This document shows, piece after piece, positions 47,985 to 60,153 of a DNA stretch of 64,000 nt; the first letter of the stretch is position 1; every line of letters begins with the position of its first letter. The stretch spans positions 1,408,092 to 1,472,091 of the forward strand of contig NW_003314271.1 in NCBI RefSeq assembly GCF_000143415.4, given 5' to 3'. Both the position numbers and the translations under genes were made by a program. This stretch comes from Selaginella moellendorffii (taxonomy: Eukaryota > Plantae > Lycopodiophyta). The notes below the pieces were generated by a model. The model worked only from the letters and a program-made list of their open reading frames with translations, was not told the origin of the DNA and searched no databases.

Positions 47985-48017
47985 TCTAGTGGTTATGCCA
48001 CTGCAGTAACCCGAGTT
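47985..48017 (+). pseudogene. tRNA-Gln fragment lacking the anticodon loop, inverted relative to the neighbouring tRNA
   Basis: tctagtggttatgccactg-cagtaacccgagtt vs tRNA tctagtggtgatgacactg[gactctgaatc]cagtaacccgagtt. Confidence 0.6.
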
Positions 48018-48137
48018 TCGCGTATATTCTCAATGAAAAGGTTCTAACAAGGTATTGATAACAAAGTTGGCAAATATATTAGCCGAGAAGATAATTATCC
48101 AAATGTAGAGATTTGCAGAACGATACAATAAGTTAAG

Positions 48138-48209
48138 AGGTTTCGCCGAGATTTGAACTCGGGTTACTGGATTCAGAGTCCAGTGTCATCACCACTAGAC
48201 CACGAAACC
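48138..48209 (-). tRNA. tRNA-Gln(CUG)
   Basis: GGTTTCGTGGTCTAGTGGTGATGACACTGGACTCTGAATCCAGTAACCCGAGTTCAAATCTCGGCGAAACCT folds as a cloverleaf. Confidence 0.95.
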
Positions 48210-48548
48210 ATTACATATTTAAATCACCTCATTTGGTTATTCTAATTCTCACGGATAGTCCAAGTGAAAGCCAAGTCCTCGATGTCGGTTTCATCATCCC
48301 GGCTGCCCTTTGGAATTTATACTGACGCAAAGCCGAGGTGGATTGGAACAACTACAGAAAGGGAAAACAAAGAAAAAAATAACAAAAGAAGAATCACGAA
48401 AGTCATACAAAGAAGACGAGGAATGGCAGCGAACACAACTTCTTTTCCTTCTTGACCGTCAGCGTCTTCCCTCCAGTGTCCCCGACTTATCCAGGCCAGA
48501 TCTCTCGATCCACTGCGAGCCTCCAGGATCAAAGCGAAAGGGAAGAGA

Positions 48549-50408
48549 ATGGCGATGAGTAGCAGCACCAGCAGTACCAGGGGGCGGCGGCGATGGTGGA
48601 AGCGCATCTTCTCCGACAAATGGTTCACGCTCGTCGCCTCCTTCTTCGTCATGTCGTGCGCCGGCGCGCTCTACAGCTTCGGGATCTACTCGCAGCGCCT
48701 CAAGACGGCCCTCAACTACGACCAGCAAACCGTGAGCACCATCGGCTTCTTCAAGGACCTGGGCGCCAACATCGGCATCCTGGCCGGCATCCTCTACGAC
48801 GTCTCGGGCTCCTGGCTCGTCCTCCTCCTCGCCGCCATCTTCAACGTCTTCGGCTACATGATGGCCTGGGCCTCCATCACCTCCCACCTCCCTCACCCCC
48901 CTCGGGTGTGGCACCTCTGCCTCTATCTCTGGGTCGGGGCCAGCTCCGGGGCCTTTGCCAGCACCGCCGTCATCGTCAGCTGCGTCAAGAACTTCCCCCG
49001 GAGCCGCGGCATCGTCATCGGCCTGCTCAAAGGATTCGTCGGCCTCTCCGGCGCGATGCTCACGCAGATCTATCGGACCCTCTACAGTGGCAGCGACCCC
49101 GCCTCGTTCATGCTCGTCGTTGCCTGGTTCCCCACCTTCGTCTTCCTGCTCTTCATGTTTGTCATCCGGCCTCTTCCGCATTCCACTGCTCCCATTTCTT
49201 CCGGTGATGGTGATGCGGAGGAGAAGCGACTGGAGATGAGGAACTTCTACGTCTTCCTTGCAATGGCGATCCTGTTAGCGATCTTCCTCATGATCGTCAT
49301 CGTTGTCCAGCATCTAGTGGACGTCTCCGCCAGCGCGAACCAGGCGTTCATGGCAGTCATGATCCTCATTCTGGCGCTTCCGATCGTCGTTGCCGTGGAG
49401 TCCGTGAGGAAGAGTGGCCGCAACTCAAGTCCTGCCCCGGTTCCAGCTTCTGACGATCAACACCCGAGTGATCACGAGCAGCTCAACTCCTCTCCCAAGA
49501 GCAAGGTGGTGGAAGATCATACCGCTCCCATCCAAAACCAGCAGCACCACGAAGCCGATGACGAAGAGTCCGTGCGGAGACAGGAGGTGATCGATCCTCC
49601 ATCAGTAACAGGCACGCCCCGTCTTCGAGTAAGTTGCTCTTCCTCAGCCAAGCAGTGTCTTCGAAAGTTGGCGGACGAGATCAGGCAAATGCCGCCGAGG
49701 GGAGAGGACCACACCGTTCTGCAAGCGCTGGTGAGCTTAGATCTGTGGATCGTCTTCTTTGCCACCACCGCAGGCCTGGGATCCGGCCTCATGGTGGTCG
49801 ACAACTTGGGCCAGATGGGATCCTCTCTCGGCTACTCGCAGAGTAACATCGCCACCTTTGTCTCGCTCGTCAGCATCTGGAACTTCTTTGGCAGAGTGGG
49901 CTTTGGATTTGTGTCAGAGATCTTCCTCCAGAAACACGGAGCTCCGAGGCCGGTCTTCCTGGCTCTCGTTCTGGGAATTCTCGCGGTCGGCCACCTCTAC
50001 CTGGCCTTCGCCTGGCCTGGAGCTTTCTACATCGGCTCCATTCTCGTCGGGATGTGCTTTGGAGCTCAAATGCCGGTCATGTTCGCTATCATCTCCGAGA
50101 TCTTTGGCCTCAAATACTTCGGAACTTTGTACAACGTCGGGATCCTGGCCAGTCCTCTGGGAACTTATCTCCTCTCCGTCAAGACTGCCGGCCACCTCTA
50201 CGACGTCGAGGCCGCAAAACAGCCGCAAAACGGAACATCCTCGTCGTCGTCGCATGATCTACTGTGCTATGGACCTCAGTGCTTCCGAAACAGTCTCCTC
50301 ATCATGGCTGCCGTCTGCGTCTTCGGTTGCCTGATAAGTGTATTCCTAGCTTTCAGGACCAGGCATTACTATAGATCCATTCGTTCCGCGATGAAACAGA
50401 ACCTGTAA
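48549..50408 (+). CDS. Nodulin-like / NFD4-like MFS transporter
   Basis: 619 aa; KWFTLVASFFVMSCAGALYSFGIYS, GFFKDLGANIG, PPRGEDHTVLQAL, SEIFGLKYFGTLYN. Confidence 0.95.
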   Translation: MAMSSSTSSTRGRRRWWKRIFSDKWFTLVASFFVMSCAGALYSFGIYSQRLKTALNYDQQTVSTIGFFKDLGANIGILAGILYDVSGSWLVLLLAAIFNVFGYMMAWASITSHLPHPPRVWHLCLYLWVGASSGAFASTAVIVSCVKNFPRSRGIVIGLLKGFVGLSGAMLTQIYRTLYSGSDPASFMLVVAWFPTFVFLLFMFVIRPLPHSTAPISSGDGDAEEKRLEMRNFYVFLAMAILLAIFLMIVIVVQHLVDVSASANQAFMAVMILILALPIVVAVESVRKSGRNSSPAPVPASDDQHPSDHEQLNSSPKSKVVEDHTAPIQNQQHHEADDEESVRRQEVIDPPSVTGTPRLRVSCSSSAKQCLRKLADEIRQMPPRGEDHTVLQALVSLDLWIVFFATTAGLGSGLMVVDNLGQMGSSLGYSQSNIATFVSLVSIWNFFGRVGFGFVSEIFLQKHGAPRPVFLALVLGILAVGHLYLAFAWPGAFYIGSILVGMCFGAQMPVMFAIISEIFGLKYFGTLYNVGILASPLGTYLLSVKTAGHLYDVEAAKQPQNGTSSSSSHDLLCYGPQCFRNSLLIMAAVCVFGCLISVFLAFRTRHYYRSIRSAMKQNL

Positions 50409-50415
50409 GCCTCAA

Positions 50416-53068
50416 CTATGACCGTAACGGATTTCGGCTCTGTCTTCGAATATGTGATTTCCAGGCTGCCTGAATCCGTCTAGCTGCGTTGCTTCTGAAG
50501 TAGTGGGACTCGCTTCTGCACAAGCAGCTATGTAAAAGGGAATGCTGCGTTAAGATACTTACTTGAGAGCACTCAGGACCCTGGGATTGCGGATATAGCT
50601 TATGTAGTTTGCTACAACATACCGCAAATCCTTCTCCTCTAGGCTGAATGCTTCCACGCTACTTGAGCAACGAACAGTCCTCGTAGAGAAAGCCAAACCC
50701 CTTGTTGGAGCTGAACTATCCCTTCTGCTGTGCTCGCTATTTGATGTTTCTCCTGTAAGAGACAAACATGAGTTCAAAAAGTCAATGAAATTGTAAAATA
50801 CTTACTGGTGTTTAACGCTTCGTTGAGGCACAGATGTAGTAGCTCCTCCCCACAAAAGTCGCCCGACACAAGCGTATGTGTATTGCCATTCTTCCATACG
50901 CTCTCTAGAGTACCACGTACTACAAAGATCATGCGATGTATTGGAGCATCTGCTAAAAAAACTTCGCTGCCTTCAATGTACAACATCTCGTGAAGTCTTT
51001 GACAAATTGCATCGAGAACTTTGTCATCCATCACAGTAAACAGCCGAACCTGGTAAACATGAATTAATTCAGCAACAACACCAAAATGCTGAACACAAAC
51101 CTTCGTCAAGAGCTCGAAGCACAAAAAGCGACGTATTTCTTTTTGCATATCTTCGGGCAAACGATCCAAGAGTTCCTCCTCATTCACACCTCTGGTCGAT
51201 GCCCATTTCAATCTCACCGCCTGTCTCACGCGCCTGTGAGTACGCGTTAGGAAGGAAAAATAAGGACAGCAATACGACATACTTTCTTAAAACTACAGGT
51301 AATTCCCGTCGCCTCATCCATCTCTCAACATCATGTCGTCGTAGCTGCATCTCAAGGTGCCTGACAAAGATATCTGTTATGTAATTTTCGACAAAAACTG
51401 ACATGCATACCTGCGTCCAAGGGACTGGAGAAAATTTTGCATGTTTCCAATAAGAAGTGCAAACAAAAGTAGTCCCAGACCAATAACACCGAAAGTGAAA
51501 AACACTTCACCAACAAAAAGGCTAGGCTGCAAGTTCCCAGCGAGCGTACTAATTTGCTAAAAGATATAATGTGAGGAAACAAGAAAAATAGCAGTCATTC
51601 TTACCAAGAATCCCCAAAATAGCGAGTATACGTATTTGTGAATTGCACTGTCGTCCATGGCGACAGGAACTGCGATCGAATAGATGCCATAAGCGAAAGA
51701 TGCATTCACCAGACATTTACTCGATGCATTTGAGGAATTAGTCCAGACCAGCCGGGCCCCTTGCTGCAGTGCCTGAATGTTGTGCCCATTTCCACAGTCA
51801 AGAAATTCTTTTCTGCAGACTGGCCTTTCAGCTCGACAAGTGTTTATCAGGCACTGATTTACACGCTGCAAATTATAGGCAACATCAGTACTATGAGACT
51901 ATAACCCGTGTTTCTCAGTTACCTGTAGACCGAACAAGTACCAGCATGATCCCACCACATGACCCGCAAGCAGGTAGATGAACAGATTGATGGTGAAGTT
52001 GGCCCAAGCAGTTTCAAAGATGTAGCCGCCACTCTGAGAGCGACCAAACAGCAACGGCAAAAACCTGACCATCCTGGGTATGTATTGCAGCAGAACGACA
52101 AAACGAAGGAGATTCTTCACATAATTTGCATCACCACCTCTTCTGGGAGATCTTACCACTGTCCACAGCATCACCTGTATCAAATCATAAATTACGAGCT
52201 CAAATTTTACTGCCTTCAGCAGCTTACCTGGGGTAGTGGAAGCACTGCAACCACATCAACTATAAACCAACTTTGCAAATAATGCAAGGCAATAGTTTTG
52301 GGATCGTCAATCAAAACACCAGTTCCAGATGTTTGAGAAGCAAGCGCAAAGTACGCCAATCTGAACTGCCATCCATTAAACAGCGTGCTCTATCAATCGA
52401 GAAAATCAAAGGAAAAAGCTAAGAACAAGATACCTGAAGAAGCATGTGTATAAAGTAAATTCCATCAAAAATGCTCCTCACAATAGTCACTCCAATGGCT
52501 AACTCCTGGTTGAAGACAATGCAAAAGTATCCCTAGAGAATGAACAAGACAAGCATGAGTATAAAGCTTTTGCTTCTTCGCATAGAAATTACCTGCTTGG
52601 CGGAAAATATAAAGAAGAACAAAGGATCCACAAAGACGGCGATGAGACAGCATACTCCAAACACTTGATTCCATCTCTGGATGACTTTGGTGTGGGGATT
52701 ATAAATCGCTGGCCTCCACTTGACAATCCCGAGCGCTACCGATTTAGCCTCGCTGAAAAGGTTGCGACTCTTTTTCATCTGGAATTCTTTCACAGCTAAG
52801 TCTCAATCAAATCAAGCCTAAAGAATTCTTCTTGCTCTACCTGGCTGCCGGCCGAATAATCGATATACGAAGGGCAGGTCGTGCAAAATGGATCATCGCA
52901 GCGCCCCAGCAATCCAGACTTGAGTAGATGCTCGTGCCTGCCGCCGGGAACGGCCAATTCCCTCCCGGCGAGCTCCTCCCCATCGTCCTCCACCTCGATT
53001 CCAAAATCCTGCGAGAAATGCAGCTCCATCGACGAGCCGCCAGCGCCATCGGCCCGGCTCCGAGGCAT
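50416..53068 (-). CDS. Cyclic nucleotide-gated channel, CNGC19/20 (group IV-A)-like, multi-exon
   Basis: HEHLLKSGLLGRCDDPFCTTCP, VDPLFF, YIFETAWANF, LPEDMQKEIRRFLC, GDFCGEELL, C-terminal IQ motif RIQAAWK; start uncertain. Confidence 0.92.
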
Positions 53069-53242
53069 GCCTGCGCGAAATGGCCGAGAAAAATCCCGCG
53101 CTGGAGTTGGAGATTTCGCCGCTCCCTCGCTCCCAATCCGCGTTCCTGTTGCTACCGTGGAGAAAAAATCATTTGCCCTACCCGGAGAAGAAGAAATTCC
53201 CAAAAAGAGGTACAAGCCGCCTTTGTCCTTCACTGGCATATT

Positions 53243-53314
53243 TATCAGAGAGAGGTTTCGATCCTCCGACCCTTGGGTTATGGGCCCAATACGCTTCCGC
53301 TGCGCCACTCTGAT
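53243..53314 (-). tRNA. Initiator tRNA-Met(CAU)
   Basis: ATCAGAGTGGCGCAGCGGAAGCGTATTGGGCCCATAACCCAAGGGTCGGAGGATCGAAACCTCTCTCTGATA; A1-U72 pair, GATCGAAA T-loop. Confidence 0.95.
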
Positions 53315-53810
53315 ACTACACACTAATCACGCATCGCCTTAATCCACAACCCGGTCAAACGGTAATATTCTAGAGCATATTCTTGCCAACGCGCAAGAAC
53401 CGCAACGCGATCATTTATTTCATCCCACCCACCAGAGGAGAAAAAAGAAATGATCTGGCGGTCCGCGAGTAGCACAAATCCGGCGCTGACGTGGCGCCCG
53501 GACGACAAATAGAGAAAATGGGAAAGTGACACACACACTCTCTCTCCTCCCTCCTCTGTACAACACAGAGAGTGTGTGAAGTCTCTGCCCAGCCGCTGGC
53601 TATGGCGTCTTTGCTGCCCGCTATAAAACTGCCACTGCTGCCTCCCTCTCGCCCGCCCAGGTAAGATCAAACACAAAAAGAGATTAACGCATTGCTCCTC
53701 TCCATCCATCGATCGATGCTCGTCCCTCGTATAGATAGACATTAGCTCGCGAGAAAATAGCAGGCGAAAAAGCAAGCGCGCATTCATCGATCGAGAGGAT
53801 CCTAGGATCA

Positions 53811-54458
53811 ATGGCGACGAATGGGAATGGATTCGGCCCCCACTCCAAGCTCGACAGCAGCCCGCCCAGCGATGGCAGGAGCAAGCGCTACAGCCGGAGG
53901 AGGAAATGCCTGGTGTGCGGCGGGATCACTCTGGCGGTGCTGGTGGTGATTGGCATCCTCCTCCTCATCCTGGCGCTCACCGTCTTCAAGCCCAAGAGCC
54001 CTGTCATCTCGATCGACTCAGTCCAGCTCCAATCCTTCAACGTCTCGCTCAATCTCTTGTCCCCGCGGCTGGAGCTCGGCCTCACGATGTGGGTGTCGGT
54101 CTACAATCCAAACCGGGCGAGCTTCAAGTACACAAACTCCACCAGCGTGATCACGTACCACGGCGACGAGGTTGGCAACGCCAGGATCCCAGCAGGGGAG
54201 ATTGGAGCGCGCGGCCGCGAGAAATTCCCCACCGATGTTAGCATCCAGGCGATGCAAATCGTTGGAAACTCCAATCTCTTGCCGGACGTGGCCTCGGGCT
54301 CCATCCCGATCTCCACCCGGACCGTCGTCTCGGGCCGGGTTAACGTTCTCAACGTTATCAAGCGCCATGCTACGTCCACCTCGGTTTGCAATGTGACCAT
54401 CTCCGTGGCCAGCCGGAACGTCCAGGATTTCAAGTGCTCGCACAAGACCAAGCTTTAG
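53811..54458 (+). CDS. LEA_2 / NDR1-HIN1-like membrane-anchored protein
   Basis: N-terminal TM then VFKPKSP; VSVYNPNRASFKY. Confidence 0.9.
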   Translation: MATNGNGFGPHSKLDSSPPSDGRSKRYSRRRKCLVCGGITLAVLVVIGILLLILALTVFKPKSPVISIDSVQLQSFNVSLNLLSPRLELGLTMWVSVYNPNRASFKYTNSTSVITYHGDEVGNARIPAGEIGARGREKFPTDVSIQAMQIVGNSNLLPDVASGSIPISTRTVVSGRVNVLNVIKRHATSTSVCNVTISVASRNVQDFKCSHKTKL

Positions 54459-55061
54459 AGGGATCGATCGAACGAGGAATCTTTAGAGTATCGTGGCAGG
54501 ATCAATGGGCGCGTTAGTGGAAGCTTTATGAGCGCTTTTCCTTGATGAGCAAGGTTGGTATACGTAGGTTTCACTCGCTCGCTATTCACACATCTTGTTG
54601 TTATTGTTTCGATTCTTGCAAGTAGTTGGAGGAAAGTGACTATAGGAGAAAGATTTGTACGATTACGAGTTATAATCTCATGAGTTACGCTAGTAAGAAA
54701 AGGTGGTGAGAATTTTTGTTTGGTTCCTCTCAAGGAATCATAGAGGTCAATGCGGTTTGGTCGAGAGGTCAAGGCTTTAAATTCGGGTCGAGAAGGATTC
54801 TTCCATACTTTTATTCGCTGGATGTTTCCATGGTGCTTTAGGAATCTTTTCCTTTTCCTCTTGTCATGTTTCTAGCTCGGACATTCCGTGAAGAAGTTGC
54901 TGCTGAGAAGATCCAATTCTCGGCCACCTCGAGCTCGAGCGCGCGATTAAAATGTAATGTAATCGGCGGCCAAATGCCAACAGAAGACAATCCAAAAGCT
55001 CAGTTTTAAGCGAGTTTAAAATGCGCGAGATTTTGAGCAGAATAACAATGCGTTTGAGGGA

Positions 55062-56786
55062 ATGTGGGAGTTTCTCCTCACGATCTTTGTGATCTTCCCG
55101 AGTCTCGATTCCGCTCGTACAAATATGATTTCTTCCGGAGAACCAAACGTATTCAATGTCAGGCAATTCAACGCCCGGGGAGATGGAATTCAAAACGATA
55201 CTCAGGTGAGTCAAACCTCAGTCAGCACGAGATTAGTCACGAAAATTAAGAGGATTAAAGGCCTTCCTAGATGCTTGGAACGCTGCTTGCTTGGTGGAAG
55301 ACTCCGTTTTTCTCATCCCACAGTCATTCACCTTCTTGATCTGGCCGGCATCTTTCAAAGGACCATGCAAATCCAACATGACAATGCAGGTGATTGCTCA
55401 AATCATCAAGCAGATTCAAGGCTCTCCAAATTCTAATTATCTTGGTTGCCAAGATCGATGGAACCATTGTAGCTCCCGGGAGCCCGGATCAATACGAGCC
55501 TGGGCAGAGGAACTCGTGGATCTCCATCGTCAAGCTCACGAGTTTTAGCATCACTGGAATCGGAACAATTGATGGGCGGGGTCAAACGTGGTGGAACATC
55601 TCTTGCAAACACAACCCTTCTCCTGTAAGTTTCTAGTTATACGAATTCAGATCCTTGATATACATATCTATCATATATTCACAGGGATGCAATGACGAAG
55701 ATGCCCCAACAGTAAATCTCCTTTCTATGATCTCCCGAAGCTCTCGATCGAAACTTCAATAGATTATCTTATATGTATCCTTGCGCAGGCATTGTGGGTG
55801 TTTGGATCGACGGGGCTAAACATGAGCGGCATTCGCATCCAAAACAGCCAGCAGATGAACGTCGCGTTCGTGTCATGCCACGACGTGATCGTCGCGAAAA
55901 TAAGGATAGAGAATCCACAAAATAGCCCAAACACCGACGGCATTCACATCGAATCGTCCACGAATGTGACAGTAGAACACGCGGCCATTGGCACAGGTAG
56001 TACGGCAAAATGCCTTTTAGGGTTTCGTACGAATCACTCCTTTTTTCCCAGGCGACGATTGTGTGTCGATTGGATCGGGGTCGTCCAATGTCGTGATCAG
56101 GGATTGCGAGTGTGGCCCTGGCCATGGCATCAGGTTAGTGCTGATTAATCACGTATTGGTGGCTGATAAGCGAGATTAATTAGCAGCATTGGGAGCCTTG
56201 GCAAGGGAGAAAGCGCAGCTTATGTTTCCAGCGTTCTTGTGCATCGCGTGCAAATAACTGGAACCATGAATGGGCTGAGGATCAAGACATGGCAGGTAAA
56301 ATGTAGGGTTTGGGGATTTTGGCGTCTCCGATCCATCGATCGACCGATCGATTGCATAGATCAGGGCTGAAATATCGATTTTGATCGCGGCAGGGAGGCC
56401 GCGGCAGCGCCAGCAACATCCGATTCGAGAATGTATCGATGAGCGGCGTTGCGAATCCCATCATCATCGATCAGAATTACTGCGACGCGCTGCGCCCCTG
56501 CTCGCCACAGGTAGAGCTTTTTCTTCGCGATATTTCATCGATCCTTGCAATTCTTTCGCAGGGATCGGCCGTCCAGGTGAAGAGCGTCGAGTATCTTCAC
56601 ATCCGGGGAACCTCCGCGACCGCCATCGCCACGAGCTTCGATTGCAGTGCCTCGCTTCCCTGCCTTGATCTCCTCCTCCACGACATCAATCTCACGCAGA
56701 GCTCGGGAGCTCAAGCCTCGGCAAGCTGCTCCAATGCGTTCGGTGTTTCATCCGGCAGCGTCGTCCCAGCGAGCTGCCTCGCGTGA
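55062..56786 (+). CDS. Polygalacturonase (GH28), multi-exon
   Basis: Signal peptide; [45 protein letters not shown]. Confidence 0.95.
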
Positions 56787-56905
56787 CCGGAATTTAGGTT
56801 ATCTTCGTGCGGGGCCTGAAGGAATATGCTTCTAGCGTCGCGATCCTTGGGGTAGGGCATATTCTGTCTGGCTGATCCCTGAAGAGGGGATCTCGGGAAG
56901 GCTCC

Positions 56906-56906
<1 letters not shown>

Positions 56907-56948
<42 letters not shown>
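56907..56948. repeat. (CT)n microsatellite upstream of the MAEA gene
   Basis: ~20 CT units. Confidence 0.95.
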
Positions 56949-56949
<1 letters not shown>

Positions 56950-57082
56950 TTTGCTCATCTTTGGCGGCGCGTGGCGCTTCTCCATCGTCAGGGGGGTTCC
57001 AATTCTTCGAGACTAGGTTTGCGAATTCCATTTTCTTGCGAGCTGTGAGCAGGGAATGCGCAGTGGTGGCTTGGTGTCGCGA

Positions 57083-58715
57083 ATGGAGGGCGATAGGATT
57101 GTCGTCAACGGGTTCGCAGCCGGGGGGAATCCAGGGGTTTCGGCGGCGCGGGGCGCCAGCAACGATCACAGCCTGGAATCTCTCAAGTTGGAGCACCAGC
57201 TCGTGAGAGTTCCCTACGAGCACCTCAAGAAATCACTCCGGACGAGTACCAGGATGGTGGAGAAGGAGGTGAACGCCGTGGTCGCTGGGGTCGCCGTGGC
57301 TGTGGATAAAAATCTCTCGAAACAAGAGGCGGTGGAGCAGCTTACGTCGCTCGTCTCGCGTCTCCAAGGCCTCAAACGCAAGGTTTGCTTTGGTTTCGTC
57401 TGGATGGATTGATCTGATCTTTCTTCGCAGCTGGATGAGAGCAACAAGCTCGAGCACGTCCAGGTCCAGAGATGCCGAGCGAGAATGGATCACTTAACGA
57501 TGCTCCGCGACGGGGACAAAGATTGCCAGAAGAAATGGAATGAATTGCGGGTCGACAGGATCATTGTCGACTACTTACTTCGCAATTGCTACTATAGCAC
57601 GGCCCAGTTGCTCACGGAATCTTCTAACATCCAGGTAAGAACCCTTCACTCTCTCAGATCGCGACTGAGACAATTAAGGAGTTGGCTATGGCTATACTGA
57701 AGCTACTCATCTTCAGGAACTTTGCGATGCCGATATTTTTGTAGATGCGCACCGAGTTATCGAATCACTCCGCAAAAAAGACTGTTCCGAGGCCTTGGCA
57801 TGGTGCACCGAGAACAAGTCCAAACTAAAGAAGTATAAGGTCTGCAACTCTTGCTTCTTTGACCAACTTACCAGCGATTGCTTTGCAGAGCAAGCTTGAG
57901 TTCAAACTCAGACTACAGGAATTCATTGAACTGGTTCGAAGCGAACGTATGATGGACGCAATTATCTACGCTCGCAAGTTCTTGTCTCCGTGGGGTAGCA
58001 CTAATCTAAAGGAGCTTCAGCAGGCTATGGCAACGCTTGCTTTCAAGAGCAGTACCGATTGTGCGGGCTATAAGGTCTAGCGTGGTATTTTTCCTTCGTC
58101 TAGCGTATCCCGCTTGCTTGACCAACTTTCTCATCGTTTTGTAATTTCAACTTGTGCAGGCTTTCTTCGAAGACAGTCAATGGGATAGCCTTGTCGAGCA
58201 ATTCAAGCAAGAATTCTACAAGCTTTACGGAATGACCAACGAGCCGCTTCTACACTTACATATGCAGGCCGGTTTATCAGCGCTTAAGACGCCGTAAGTG
58301 ATCTATATCTATCCGCTTTCTGCGCTTTCTCTAAAGATCTACTCTTTCTTCCTTCCAGATTTTGCTACGAAGAAAGCTGCACGAAGGAAGACCCTTTGTC
58401 ACAGGAAAACATCCGCAAGCTCGCAGAGCCACTTCCATACGCAAAGCACATTCACTCGAAGCTCGTGTGCTACATTACCAAGGAACTTATGGACGAAGAC
58501 AATCCTCCACTTGTTCTACCAAATGGTTATGTCTACAGCAAAAAGGTTCGTTCATCACTTTCGTGTCATCGTCTTCCCTTTTCTACAAGTCAAAACTTTA
58601 CTCCATGTCCACACAGGCCTTGGACGAAATGATCCGAGCCGAAGGGAAGATTACGTGCCCCAAGACTGGCTACGTTTGCAGCATGAGCGAAGTTCACAAG
58701 GCCTACATTTCGTAA
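57083..58715 (+). CDS. MAEA: CTLH/GID complex E3 subunit MAEA (GID9/FYV10), multi-exon
   Basis: LKLEHQLVRVPYEHLKK, LisH (RIIVDYLLR), SKLEFKLRLQEFIELVR, LPYAKHIHSKLVCYITKELMDEDNPPLVLPNGYVYS. Confidence 0.95.
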
Positions 58716-58826
58716 GGATCTCGCAAGAGTGTACTCTACTATAGGAAAAAACTACTTGAAAACACAGGTAACTGTCACGATTGTAAAACGAATCTCAATT
58801 GACAGGAAGAGCAGCCAACATGACGA

Positions 58827-59538
58827 TCAAGTGAGCTCGCAATTGAGCCCCGGTCCAGCTCCATTGAAAAACTGGCCAGTCCAAGTGTGGCCTTCGTTGT
58901 CAACGTAAGATCCGATCCCGTGCATCCGGTTTTCTCGCCATTCACCAGCGTAGGATCTTCCATCTGGCCACTTTGATCCAGCGCGAGTTCTCAGAGAAAA
59001 GAGAGAGTTTGTGGACGAAGAACTCTACCTTGAAAGTTCCATTGCCGTGATACTTGCCATTCTCCCAGGTCCCTTCGTACGAGGCACCGCTAGCATACTT
59101 GAATGATCCTGTTGGTCATCTACTTGTTAACTCTGATAGATTTTCTCGCCTCGTCTACCTGGGCCGTGCATCAAATCGTTCTTCCATTCTCCCTCGTAGG
59201 AGTAATTGCCATCGATGTAGTGGCCTTTCCCATCGCGAAGTCGCTTGGGTTTATCTACCTTGTAAGAAGAAACATCGAAGTTATAGAAAGCATCCAAAGT
59301 TCTTCCTTGTCGAAAATTGGGGGAATACCTGCGGCGGCTGGATCGGCCGGGGGCGGCGCGCCAGGCACTGGAGGCAGCGGCGGCTGCAAGATCCAATCTC
59401 CTTCTGCAAAGAAACAATCGATGATCGAATCAATCATCGCGGACTGCGAGAATTGAGCAAGAATTTACCATAAGTCCCGCCGCCAGGATAGTAGAACTTC
59501 CCAGTGCTCTTCACGGGCTCCACGGGCGCTGGAGCCAT
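58827..59538 (-). CDS. MORN-repeat protein, MORN2-like, multi-exon
   Basis: YEGEWKNDLMHGPG, YASGASYEGTWENGKYHGNG, WPDGRSYAGEWRENRMHGIG, WTGQFFNGAGPGL. Confidence 0.85.
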
Positions 59539-60153
59539 GGATTAGACGCGCGGATGGAGGGAAGATCGAAGCATTTTACCAGGAGCTGCTTTCTTGGGCG
59601 CCATTTGTGAAACTGTCCCCTCTGCCCTAAAAATTCGAATAGAGTTAGGGCAAAGTGAGGGAGGGGGAAAAAGAGAATATTCTAAAAGAATGAGCTTAGC
59701 TTGGCGCCATGGTAAATATTTTTGAAAACGAAGATAACGAATTTAATGCGATCCGATGGCACGGATGTATTGTGACCATGGGCCCCAACGGCCGGAAGCG
59801 CGCCACGTCGCCGTCCGGTTAGGTCTCACTGCGGTTAAACTAGGAGGTGGGCGTGATGACGTGCACTGTTTCAACGGGCGGGGGCGGCGAGCCCCTGAGC
59901 GATTCTTTCGTCTCTGGGGATCAATGACGCCATAGATCGATCAAGAGGAGGCGGCGGTAATCCCAGGTCCCCAGCCGCGCCGCCGCTGGAGGGATTGATT
60001 TCTCCTCTGCCGCACGGATTCCTCGCCGCGATCGGGCTCGCGCCGGCGCTGGGGCTTTTCTTGTTTTGGCCTCTCGGCGATTCATTGCGATTGCGTGCGT
60101 CGCCTGGGGGGGGATTGATGGAAATCTTCGCTCAATGAGGCTTCTTGGCGGCA

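Noticed and set aside
52796-53323. 175-aa ORF as the CNGC N-terminus
   Set aside because: Its 5' part reads through the tRNA-iMet gene; only the part from ~53068 is plausible.
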